Positions 44,841 to 56,659 of a DNA stretch of 64,000 nucleotides are shown here, one piece after another. The notes beneath the pieces are model-generated. The model searched no databases, was not told where the DNA came from, and saw nothing but the letters and a program-made list of their open reading frames with translations. The stretch lies in assembly GCA_002269645.1 (NCBI GenBank), contig NIVC01002387.1:1-64000 (forward strand), in the 5' to 3' direction. Within the stretch, counting starts at the first letter, position 1. Every line of letters begins with the position of its first letter. Source of the DNA: Macrostomum lignano. Lineage: Eukaryota. Made by a program: the position numbers and the translations under genes.

Positions 44841-45430
44841 TCTAACCGCTTGTTATAGAGCTTGACTGAAAAGATGAAGTATGCATATTAACCGACTACC
44901 TGTTTCTTAACTTCCTGCATTGAGGGATTAATTAACGAGCTTTTGTTTCTCAAACTCTTTGAGAAAATATAGGGGGTATGCGTAAGTTGAGCTGTAAATT
45001 TGATATCAACCTTTATCTTTATTCTGGATCTACATCGCGCGTTTTTGTTCCATGTTTAGTCATCTCTGATTACAGAAGCGCAGTCGAGTTTGCGGACAAA
45101 CAGAGGAAGCAAATCAGGATTTCTGAATTCCTTTTTGTATGTCAAAACAAGCGCAAAATGTGAGTCTTACTGAGACTCGACCGACTGAAAACTGGAGCGG
45201 CAGTTTCTGGTTCACTTTCTAGACACTTCTACAGTGAGTTTGCTCAGTTTTTAATAATCAACTAAGCCTAATATTTCCATTTGGAGATGATCCGCACTCG
45301 ATAGTGTAGTGTGGGAGATGATATTTGTGTCTCAATCAAGAGTAAGAACAGTACATATTTGAACTTAATTTTACGCGTAGGCGTAATTAACATGAAGTAG
45401 CCAGTCAGACAGAGGCACGTGCAGATACTA

Positions 45431-45780
45431 GAATAACTAGATGGGCCACTCAGAGCATTTGCGTGTAAACTACTTTCAGTTCAGTAGCAAGTTAAACAGA
45501 AGCATTTTAATGTATTTTTAAAGCCAATGCTCTTTTATTGGCTCTTACCCCTCAGCCAAAACCCCCCAACCGCGCCTTTCCACACTACCCACCGCCCCGC
45601 CCGCCCCAATTTTTATGGCCTTTCTCGGAATTCTAGCTTAATGCTGCCATGTACATTTCAGTGGACTGGCTAATGTACATTATTGCTGAACCAATGAGCA
45701 AGTTGTTTACGCCTGCAAGCTTGGCTTTTAAACTTATCAAAGTCATTTCAGCCGCCTTTATTTTTATACTGAAACAAGCT
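45431..45780 (-). mobile_element. Dispersed non-coding repeat, second copy of 3371-3715
   Basis: It is colinear with 3371-3715, with many substitutions. Confidence 0.6.
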
Positions 45781-45938
45781 GTTGAAACCCGCGGATTTTG
45801 AACCCGGGGAATTCCAATCCCCGGAACTACTTTTGCATGTATTCTGAAATCTAAGGCCATAAACAAACAAAAACTTGTTAATAGTTCGTAGGATAGAGGT
45901 AGACATTAAATGGAGCGCATTTGTGTAAAATTAGGGTC

Positions 45939-46074
45939 TGAGACATTGTTGGCTGGGGTACTGCGCAGAATGTCAGGCAATGTCTGTCTGACTCTAAAAC
46001 ATATATTGCTATGAGACATTGTTGGCTGGGGTACTGCGCAGAATGTCAGGCAATGTCTGTCTGACTCTAAAACA
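45939..46074. repeat. 73-bp direct duplication whose second copy is interrupted by the Helitron
   Basis: tgagacattgttggctgggg...ctctaaaaca starts at 45939 and 46012. Copy 1 continues with tatattgcta, and for copy 2 that sequence appears only at 60315. Confidence 0.9.
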
Positions 46075-47482
46075 TTCCAATATACTAAAAATCAAAACTA
46101 TGTACCTATAGGAACCTTCGCTTAACTTGACTCTACATGGTCGAAATTTCGTGGGGTTTTCTGCATTCGATGCGTATTGATGGTGCGCTGGTACACAAAA
46201 TTTTGCTAAGAAATTGCTTCATTTTTTCGGGCTTAAATATTCGAAAAACTCGATTTTCTCCCTGTTTTTTAAAGTTCAAACAGTTCTTTCCGATTGAGAA
46301 GCAGTCTGACTGCCGATGGAATTGTATTGCATCATAACTCAGTGCCAACTATAGCATTGGTTCTCTACACTCGCGTGGAGAGCTACAAGCGTTGAAAGGT
46401 TGCGCAACACCTTTTAGTTATCGAAATTGAGGGGCGGGTGTCGCTATTCAATTTGTCCTGGGCATTGGCTTGGTTGTTAATTTCAATGCATCAACTTGCA
46501 GGCCTCTTACTGTAGCTGGCGCTGAATGTACACCTTTTGAATTTGAATGCTTTATACTCGTAGCAGGAACGTTCAATCATTGTTTGTGCTTCGAGTTTTT
46601 TACTTTCAGAAGAGAGCCTTGTATTGCTGGAAAAAGCTAGAAACGCTGAGTTCGGGAATATAATTTCTATGCTGAGATTCGAAAAATTAAAAGCACAGCA
46701 TTAAAAAGAGGATTCCTATGAATTTTACTTTATATACTCATTGTATGCTCTCCCATATCGCAAACCCCTACTTTATAGCAACTCCACAATTCAAGCCAGA
46801 GCCATTGATAAAGCAAGGAGGGTCTGCTCAGTGTTGCGTAATAAATTCCAATACTTATATGCTCTTGGTTGATATTGAATTCAATATAATTATTACCTTA
46901 GCTTACTCAGCGTGCCGTATCCAGACGCTGAATTAGCGATAAGCTTTTTAGCTCAGGACAGATGTACATATTTGAAACCCCAAACACTGGAGTCACGAGC
47001 GCTCAATTCATTGAAATTGCCGCGCACATTTCATTCACTTTGAATGTGCTTTTAAGGCAAGACTTTAGCCTGCCTCTTGAACTGGGTTTTCTATAAAGAT
47101 TCATCGCATCAGCAAAATCTCAGCTTAATAATCCTCTCACCTACCTTTATTAGTACATTGACAACTACTGTCTTGATTAAACAGTTTCTGCCTACACCAT
47201 TTGATCCATAACTGAGATATCTTTTGGTATCTGATACTAATTATCTACTGAATCGCCATTTATTATTTACTTTTTTACATTAAACTATTCATTTCATACT
47301 TTAGTACCGCAGTTGTATAATTATATTTGTAATTATTCATTCATACTTTAGTACCGCAGTTGTATAATTATATTTGTAAAAAGTAGCAACTACTATTAAA
47401 ACTAGATTAAACTTTTATTCCGTATTCTTTTTACCGTATTTCGTATATTTCTATCCGTACTTACTAAGTATCAATAATAGCT

Positions 47483-50400
47483 ATGGGTCGCCGTGGAGCA
47501 AGTCATTTAAAGAAAAGCCGTGAGGCAAAAAAAGGCGACGTGAAGAATCTAGCGCTGAGCGCGAAGCCCGTTTGGAAACACGACGGCAGCGGGACTCAGA
47601 GCGCCGAGCCCGTGAGACTGACGCCCAGAGAGCTGCTCGGCTCGAGGAGCTGCGACAGCGGGACGCAGAGCGCCGGGCTTGCGAGACTGACGCTGAGAGA
47701 GCTGCTCGGCTCGAGGAGCTGCGGCAGAGGATTGCTGCCAACCGAGCCTGCGAGACTGACACCGAGAGAGCTGCCCGCCTGGAAGACATGCGGCAGCGAG
47801 AAGCTGACCGCCGTGCTTCCGAAACAGGATACGAGCGTTTGGATCGTCTCGAGGCTGAGCTATTACGTCGCCGGAGCATTTGGGCTTCGAGGTAAGTCTG
47901 CTGATCTATACCTATAACGGTTACTCTTCTGCTTTTGTTGATTTAAACTGCACCGTTTTTCTCTGGTCTCTTTTTTTCTTTTTGTATAGCTGATGATTGC
48001 ATCGTTCTGTATTACCTTGAATTTTTGCATTTTGCATTTAGTTTAAGCAGATTTCATTAAGAATACTTAAGTAAGACCTGCAAAATATAACTTACCTTTA
48101 TCACTTCAGCCCCTTACATATCTTCAGTCACAATTTTTTATTTGACTGACCATTTTCCCTCTCAATTTTAGACAGGAAAATAGTGAACCAGCAGCAGCGG
48201 CTCAGGTATCTTTTAATCAATTGAGCATAGTTCCCATAGCCGGTGATGGAAATTGTTTTTTTCACGCTGTTTGTGATCAGTTGCGAGGCACCGCACTTGA
48301 AACCGATGCTGCTTCATTGAGGCACAATTTGTCAAGCCGCGCGGCAGAGCTGGTGCCACAGTTGATTGTCGAAGGCTTTGTTTTCCCAGAGAATGCGGAT
48401 GCCATAATCGAAGCTTCATTTACAGAGGGAACTTATGTGCCTGATGAAATCGTGCCCCTTTTAAGTCGCTGCTTTCCGGTTGACCTGGTTATTTACCAGC
48501 GCAATGGAAGTGTGCTGCAGCACTTTATGTCCTTCGCGCAGCCTCCTCTGGCTGTTGTGCGCCTGGTTCTGAGCAATGAGCACTATGAATCTCTGAGACT
48601 CCGAGATCCTTTGCAGGGAATAGAGCCTATGGAGGACCGGGAGTTTCCCGCTCCTGCTGCAAGTAGAGCACCTGCTGCAAGGACCAGAGTCAACTGGCGC
48701 AAGAGACCTGCTGGCTCAGCTGCTGCTACTTCTGCTCCTGGCGCTCGTGCGGAGACTCAAGCTGGAAACGAAGCGGAAGCTCAGCAGAGGTAATGTCTGA
48801 AGGGCGGCGATCATGCTAAACAAGTTTTTACTCTTTATAGTAATCCCACTAAAGGACAGGGATCAGAAAAGTGAGCCACAAACGATACTTAAGCAGGCAT
48901 GCTTATTGAGGTTTTTATAACAGTTTTTACATAGAAAATAATTGTTCCGTTCATTCTCACATAATCAGGTGCTTGATACTTGATACTTGATACTTGATTT
49001 TTTTACTCAATTTCGTCCGCTATTTTTTCTATGCGTAGTCTCATATAATTCTTAACTTTAACTTACTCTAAAGAGACACTTTCAGTGACTGGAAAAATAA
49101 TGTTAATAAAATTAACTGACACTCTGCCGAAAATTTATTGCAGGAACTCCGACCAGCCAAGACCAGAAGTGCCGACCCATCAGTGTGGCCGCATGAATTC
49201 TGTGTGCAAGTTCTGCGGCGCATTGCGCTGGGACAAGGAAGCCGAGTTTTGCTGCGCCAAGGGCAAAGTGAAATTGCCTGTCCGGACTGTTCCGCCAGTG
49301 TTGGCTGACCTGTACACCGGAAGGCATGAGAAGAGCAAGGAGTTCCTGGCCAACATCAGGAGCTATAACTCGGTTCTGCACCTGACGTCATTCGGTGCTG
49401 ATCTGCGACCCACGCCTGGTGGTTGGAACCCGAGCTTTGTGATCAGCGGAAAGTTGTACCACAACACTGCGCCGCTGCTAGCTGATGCTCCGAATGCGCC
49501 TAGGGGCTGGCAGGTGTACTTTATGGACCGCGAGCTCGAAAGCCGCCTTAGCCTCAGCCAAAGAGTGAAGCCTGAGCTGCTGCAGTTGCTGCAAGGATTG
49601 CTTCACGAGTGCAATTCCTATGTGCGGAGTCTGCGGGCTGCAGCGCAGCGAATCAGCGAAGATCCTCAGCTGTGCGATGCGCGGATTGTGATTTACCCAG
49701 ATCGACGCCCGGCTGGTGAACACATTCGGTAAGCTGCATTTTTCAAACATGGATATTTTAGTAGAATCTTCTAATATAGTATAATAAATTTGATTGAAAC
49801 CCCGTCTGTCCACAATAAGGCGGTACAATCTGCCCACGGCAAACGAGGTCGGAATCCTAATTGTCGGGGATGCTGAGGAAGCACCGAACAGTCGTGAAGT
49901 CGTCATCCAACTGCGAGGAGGTGACACCAAGCGCATTTCTGAGACACACAGATCATACGATCCGCTAGAGTACGTCCTTCTGTTTCCGAACGGAGAGAGC
50001 GGCTGGTATCCCGAGCTTCGCATGACCAATGGCCGCAAACTGACTCCCATGAAGTATTACGCCAGCGAGATCATGGTGCGAGCCGACCAGTTCAACGTGC
50101 TGCACCACGGCCGGCGGCTGTTTCAGCAGTACCTGGTGGATCAGGCGGCCAAGATCGAGTCGGAGAGGCTTCTTTATTTGCGTACTCATCAGGACGACCT
50201 TCGCAGCGAGACCTACAGTGGGTTGCGTGATGCCCTGTTTGCAGCTGATGACTGCACACTGGCAAGGAGCCGAAGGAAATTGGAAAGCAGGCGCCCGTGT
50301 TTCTCTCCTCAAGCTTCGTGGGCGGACCGCGATATCTGATGGAGCGGCTCCAGGACGCCATGACTTACGTTCAGAAATTCGGCAAGCCGGATCTGTTCGT

Positions 50401-53400
50401 GACGGCGACTTGCAATCCGAAGTGGCCAGAGATCACCGCTGAACTGTTGCCAGGACAGCGGCCAGAGGATCGTCCTGACATCGTTACTCGTGTCTTCGAG
50501 CTTAAGAAGAAGGCCCTCGTGTCGGAGCTCAGACATCGCTTTGGAGTGGAAGCCGCGCACGTTTGTTCTCTGGAATACCAGAAGCGCGGTGAGTTCAGTT
50601 GATCAGAAATAACTTATTCATTACACTTTGCTTTCTGCTGAGTTCAAGCCTCACTGATGTTTCTACCTTGCTCTAGCATGCTCCCTTCCAGTAAATACTT
50701 TTCTGGTTTGATTTTCATTTCACTGAAGGACTTCCACATGTGCACTTTCTACTGTGGCTGGCCAGCGGACACCGAGTAACTCCAGATCGGTACGACGCGC
50801 TTGTGTCTGCGGAGATCCCAGACCCACAGCTTGAGCCCGTGCTGCATGAGCTGGTCAAGACGCACCTCATCCACGGACCATGTGGGGCGGATAACCCAGC
50901 CTGTCCCTGCATGGAGAAGGGGAAGTGTACCAAAGGCTTCCCGAAGGACTTCCAGTCGGTGACGATGTCTAGCGAAACCGGTTACCCGTTTTATCGGAGA
51001 CTGTCACCAGAAATGGGCGGCTTCACCGTCGACAAATTATGCAAGGGCCGAACCATTCGTATGGACAACAGGTGAGTGAAAAAGAGGATTTCCACATGAG
51101 TGAGCTGCCCGGCCGTCTTAGCACTATTTTAACAGCTAAGTTCTTACTATTCTGGTTCAGAAAATTCTAACATTGCTTCTTTCAGCTTCTTCTTAGCTGA
51201 AAAATTTACCATCTTGAATTTAAAGCATTCATTTAAAATTATTAACAAGCAACGAACCCGGAATTCCCTTCAAAACGCAAGGTGGGTCGTGCCATATAAT
51301 CGAGAGCTGTTGCTCATGTTCAACTGCCACCTGAACGTTGAAGTTTGCGCGACGGTTCGAGCCGTGAAGTACATCATTAAATATTTACTCAAGAATGGCG
51401 ACATGGCAACCTTCAAAGTTGACGCTGCTAAGAATTCAGCGAAACCCCAGGCGCCTGCAGCTGCAGCTGAAAGTCAGCCGATAGCTTCTAACAAGCAGCA
51501 GCGCACTGCCAATGAGAAGGCTGCCAAAGAGCCACGAGACGAAATTGATGAGTACCTGTCTGGTCGCTACATCGGGCCCATGGAGGCTGTGAATACCATT
51601 TTGGGCTTTGAAGTAATTATCTTTTTGACTGTGGCTTACAAACTTTCATCATAGTTATGCAGTGACAAAACTTAAGCTGTGTTTCCCGAGTGTTAACTTA
51701 TTTACTTCCCAAAGCTCTTTCGCCATTTCCCACCATCTCCCAGGTGCACAACCGCTTCCCACCGGTCATTCGCCTCTGCGTACACAAGCCGGGAGAGCAG
51801 CTTGTCTACTTCAACGAGCAGACCGCGGCGGCCAAAGCAAGAGCGCCTCGAGATTCGACTCTGACAGCATTCTTCAAGCTGTGCCTCAGTGACGCTTTTG
51901 CTCGGCGTCTGCTCTACACGGAGGTGCCGTCCTATTTCGTCTGGCACCAAACTGAGCGCGCGTGGCGCCGAGGCAAGATGGGCGACGAAGTCGAAGGTCA
52001 CCCTGGTGTGAAGCGCAGCAAGAACATCTCTCGGATGTACACGGTGAGCCCGAGGGCAGGGGACTTGTTTTACATGCGCCTGCTTCTTCTGCATGTCCGA
52101 GGGCCCACCAGCTTCAAGTCGCTGCACACGGTGGATGGAGTGCTGCACACGGATGCCAAATCTGCCTGCATGGCACTCGGTCTGCTGCATCGTGACGACC
52201 ATTGGCAACGATGTCTGGCTGAGGCTGTCCAATCTCGCATGCCAAGAGCCCTCAGGCACCTACTCGCTGTCATTCTGATCTGGGGAGAGCCGGATAGCGG
52301 ACTGGACCTGTGGAACGCATTCGCAGAGGACCTTGGCGAAGATCTACGCTACCACAACCGTGATCTAAGTACAGAAGAGGTCACCGACATGACGTTGCGC
52401 GAGCTGCAAAGCCTGCTGACCTCTATGGGCGGTCGCAGCTTGCGAGAGTACGGGCTGCCGGCCGCCTCTGCCATGCCTCAAGTAGGCCCGATGCAGTTCG
52501 ACACGGACGAGCAGGCTGAGATAGCGAGGACGCGCCTGCCAACGCTGACCGACGAACAGAGGGCCGTGTACGAGGCAGTGACTGCCGATCTGATTGCCGG
52601 CTCTGGCGGTCTGCATTTTCTGGACGCTCCAGCTGGGTCAGGGAAGACCTATTTGCTAGAGGTTTTGCTGGCGTTTGTAAGAAGCCGCGGAGAAGTCGCC
52701 CTGGCCGTAGCGTCATCTGGCATTGCAGCCACTTTGCTACCAGGTGGACAGACGGCGCATTCCACGTGAGTTTTAAACTTCATGGTTTTTAATTTTGCTA
52801 CATTTAACTTTCTGCATGTATTGGTGCATAGTACATGCAATCTATCTATATAACGGCATGATTCGAGGTTTTGATTTTTCTTTAAAATTAATTCAAAGAA
52901 AGAAATATAAAAGTTGTATGTAATTTTTTTCAGCTTCACAATCTGCCGAAACAATCTCAGAAAATTGATTGCTTACATTCAAGAAAAAATTCTGATGGCC
53001 TGTGCACAATTTCATTCTCTCCAGTTTCAAGATCCCAGTTCGACTCGTTCGCTCGGAGAAGGACGTCTGCTCGATTAGCTCGCAGTCAAAGCAAGCAGCG
53101 GTGTTGCGGACGGTTCGGCTCATCGTCTGGGATGAGATTTCAATGGCCAACCGGAAGGACCTGGAGACTGTCGAACGAAGTCTGCGAGACGTACGAAGGC
53201 AAGATCGCCCTTTCGGTGGAGCTGTGATTGTGTGCTCCGGAGACTTTCGACAACTGCTGCCTGTCGTGAAAAGCGGAACGCGAGCCAACAACGTGTTTGC
53301 GTGCGTCAGCCGATCCAAGTTTTGGCCATTGTTTCAGCGGCATCGACTGAGGACCAACATACGGCTGCTGAGGAGTTCCGATGCGGCACTGTATGAGCGC

Positions 53401-54392
53401 TACTCGAGACTTCTGATTCAGGTGGGATGTACACTGTACTTTTTATACCGTACTTTTGATTGCTGTAGGTTGTTTATTTTCTACCTGGCTTTTCTAATAA
53501 TAGATTACGTAACCAGTGATTTTTGATATCTAAAACCAACTGTTATTTATGATTATACTTATCAAGTCTTTATGTTGGAAACGTAATTTTGCTTTCTCTT
53601 TTATCCGTTTTTCGTTCACAGATCGGTTCTGGTTTGGTCCCAGAAGATTTGGAGGGAAACATTTCGCTGCCTTCCGAGATCTTGTTGCCAGCAGAGGCCA
53701 GCCTGACGGACCTTATCAAATTCGTTTATCCGTCATTTGAGGCCTCGGCGGAGAGAGAGGTCTACTTTGCAAATAGAGCCATCCTGGCACCCTACAATGA
53801 CTCCGTCAATGCCATCAATGAGCACTGCCTGGCCATGTTCCCTGGGACACAGCGCGAGTACCGATCAGTGGACAGCGTTGCAGACGAGGATTCGGCAACT
53901 CACTTCCCGCCAGAGTTGCTGAACCAGCTCGATGCGCCAAATTTTCCAACGCACCTGCTGAGACTCAAAGTTGGCATGCCAATTGTGCTCCTGCGCAACC
54001 TCAACCCACCGCGGCTTTGCAACGGCACCCGACTCATTATCCTAGCGCTGGGCGAGAACGTGCTGCGCTGCAAAGTGGCTGCCGGCCAGTTCACCGGCGA
54101 TGAGATCCTGCTGCCGCGGATCCCTCTGGTGCCGAACAACGCGGACCTGCCCGTAGCATTCAAACGGCTGCAGTTTCCGGTGAAGCCAAGCTTTTGCCTG
54201 ACTATCCACAAGTCCCAGGGGCAGAGCTTGGAGACTGTCGGCATTGACCTGACTGTGGGATGCTTTGCTCACGGACAGCTCTACACTGCTCTGTCTCGAG
54301 CCAAGAATGCAGCGAATATCCGAGTCAGGATGCCGGGAACCACGACAAAGAACGTCGTTTATCCAGAGATTCTCACACGAGATTGGCGCTGA
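47483..54392 (+). CDS. Helitron RepHel protein with STPR repeats, OTU protease, HUH Rep and PIF1 helicase (about 1750 aa; two 1-nt frameshifts in this copy)
   Basis: Exons are 47483-47891, 48172-48789, 49144-49728, 49820-50588, 50729-51071, 51282-51612, 51744-52765, 53025-53421 and 53622-54392. Splicing restores family motifs across junctions: EHIR|RYNLPT, EYQKRG|LPHVHFLLW, MDNR|WVVPYN, AHST|FKIP and LIQ|IGSG. The total is 5245 nt, plus 2 missing bases gives 1749 codons. Confidence 0.92.
47540..47860 (+). other. STPR-type 23-aa repeat domain of the Helitron protein
   Basis: The repeats are EESSAEREARLETRRQRDSERRAR, ETDAQRAARLEELRQRDAERRAC, ETDAERAARLEELRQRIAANRAC and ETDTERAARLEDMRQREADRRAS, matching the E(S/T)xxxRxxRL 23-residue pattern. 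Confidence 0.8.
48221..48600 (+). other. OTU-like cysteine protease domain of the Helitron protein
   Basis: IVPIAGDGNCFFHAVCDQL supplies the catalytic Asp and Cys, and VRLVLSNEHYESL supplies the His. Confidence 0.85.
49820..51612 (+). other. Helitron HUH Rep domain
   Basis: Motifs include LFQQYLVD, SSFVGGPRY, FGKPDLFVTATCNPKWPEI, EYQKRGLPHVH, HGPCG, WVVPYN and VKYIIKYLLK. Confidence 0.93.
52540..54392 (+). other. PIF1-family SF1 helicase domain
   Basis: Motifs include FLDAPAGSGKT, IVWDEISM, GDFRQLLPV, NLNPPRLCNGTR, QFPVKPSFCLTIHKSQGQS and HGQLYTALSR. Confidence 0.95.
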
Positions 54393-55479
54393 TTATGCAT
54401 GACTTATAAGTATGTCCTTTTAGTTCTATTAAATTAAAGTCTTATAGTGAAATGAAAAACTCAAAGTTTAGACAATAAATTAAGCATAGAGGATTTACAC
54501 GCCTAAAGCAAAAGAATTTAGCCATCACGTGCTAGCACAAAGCTGACAGAAGGCCAGAAAAAAGTCAATTTCAATTTGTGAACTGGTTTTGAACAACGGT
54601 TTCTGTTCTGTCGATTTCACAACCTTAAATTTCACAACCTCAAAATCAGTTTTTCATTTCACTGTTACGATATGTATCATGATTTACTTACAGCCTTTGA
54701 TATGTATGCTACTATTATACTCTTACCGTAAATCTGTATAGTATGCAGGGAATTTGTAAGCTATTCCATATTCATAAAGTATAAACTTATTTTTAAATAG
54801 CTTATATTTAAGGCAATACCTTTATTAAATCCCCAAGATGCTTAATACCAGTACAACCGCAGTTATTGAGCAGTTATTAATTTCAATTAGTTTCAATAAT
54901 GCTGGTGCCCACCATCACAGCTTTTCACCTCCCATCGCAGTAAATGTGCACCAGCAATATATGAAGAAAAATCCTACTACGAGCGTATAATGCTATATTC
55001 CGCGAAAAAAATCAGGCAATTCTTTCATCAATATCTGATTCTGTAGAATACTAACTAGCTTATTCATACTTATTTTTACTCTGGAGACTGTATTTTACCT
55101 GCTACTATGAGTACTTTATACGCATTTAGTTTATGTATTGATGTACAAGTATTCTACGAGACTCCAGCTCGTGGCGGGACTTTCCACTATGGCTAAATTT
55201 ATAATATAGTAAAGTGCACGTTACATTCGCACTGAAGCCATGAAAAGAGTTAAACTGAAGTGGAAAGTCCTGAATGATGTCTTCCGTCTTTCTCATTTCA
55301 ATAGCACCACTTATTTTACGAGTGCAGTATCGATTCAATGTATTCGAATAACTGTCCTATTTATCAAGACAAAGTGGAAAGCCTTTGGGCTGAGTAGGAG
55401 AGTCTTTAAATAAGTTGGAAATTATTGACTCACAGAGTTTCTAAACTAAGATACTTTATACTGACTGATCTATTGCTTA

Positions 55480-56030
55480 ACTACACATTGCTAACAGAGA
55501 GTTGCGTTGATGGGGGAATACTATTGATATGGGAATGCTGTTCATGGGGCAATGCTGCTGGTGGGGGAATGCTTTGGATTCTTTGGATTGGGATTATTTG
55601 GACGGGGGTTTGGACGGGGGTCAATTATTTTTTGATGGGGGATTATTTGGATGGGAGAATCTTTGGATTATTTGGATGGGGATTATTTTTGGAGGAGGGA
55701 TTCTCTTTGGATATGGATGGAATGAGGGATTGGGGGATTTTTGGATAGGGATGAATGGGGGATTCTTTGGATAGGGATGGATTGGGGGATTCTTTGGATG
55801 GGGATTCTCTGGATGAGGAATTTTTTGGATTGAGATTCTTTGAAATGAAGCTTCTGTGTATGCGGGATTCCTTGGATATGGGATTCATTGGATGGGGAAT
55901 TCTCCGGATCGGGATTCTTTCGATGGGGGGTTCTTTGGATGGGGGATTCTTTGCATGTGAGATTCTTTGCATGTGAGATTCTTTGCATCGGGGATTTTAT
56001 GGATGGGGAAAACTGTGGTTGGAGTTTGGA
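55480..56030. repeat. Degenerate G-rich subterminal repeat of Helitron unit 1
   Basis: Recurrent ggggattctttggat-like units lie directly upstream of the 3' hairpin. Confidence 0.85.
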
Positions 56031-56035
56031 CGGAA

Positions 56036-56063
56036 AGCCCCAACGGGGGTTGGAATTGGCTAG
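56036..56063 (+). terminator. Helitron 3' terminal hairpin plus CTAG (unit 1)
   Basis: The sequence is agcccc-aacg-ggggtt, an 8-nt spacer, then CTAG. This is a transposition terminator, not a transcription terminator. Confidence 0.8.
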
Positions 56064-56659
56064 TCCTATATACTAAAAATGAGTTGTCTGTGGGTATGTG
56101 GGTATGCGATAGATTTCAGAAAAATTGGCTCAACCGATTTTCTTCAAACTTGCACCATTCGATCAGAAATTTTCCTGGGACGGTACATGCATCTTGGCTA
56201 AGAAATTGCCCAATGTTAAAGGGATTAAATATTCGAAAAACATGCTTTTTTGCAAAGGTCAAGCAGCTCTTTCGACCTGAAATGCATTGTAAGAATGCTA
56301 GAGAAAAAAACTGACTGACTGAATTCCGATTGTGATAAAGATTGCATCACAACAAGTTGAAAACAGTGTCAAAGAAATACACACACGACTTGAATGAAAT
56401 TGCGTAACCATATTGCCAACTTAAATTGAGACTGATTCTGGCTGACTGAAAAATTGATTATGTCATAACTTTCTACTCCAATTGACTTCCTGTAAGAATT
56501 GAATTATAAGGGCCACAATTCATGTTCTCCAATTGAAAAAAGATAGCCCTGATGCGAACAGACTGGAATGCTAATGTAGCGACCTGGGTTCGAATCTTAG
56601 TAGTGCAAAAAAGATTTTTTTTATTAAAACACCTTAAAAACACGAAACTGCTAAACATA

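Larger units (their letters stand above)
46075..56063 (+). mobile_element. Autonomous-type Helitron (about 10 kb)
   Basis: The 5' end (T)TCCAATATACTAAAAAT follows host A 46074. The element contains an internal RepHel gene. The 3' end has the hairpin agccccaacgggggtt (56036-56051) and CTAG at 56060-56063. Confidence 0.88.

Noticed and set aside
46350-47480. Captured host gene fragments in the Helitron 5' region (and at 54400-55480)
   Set aside because: Both are AT-rich with no recognisable exon. A database search would be needed to exclude degenerate fragments.
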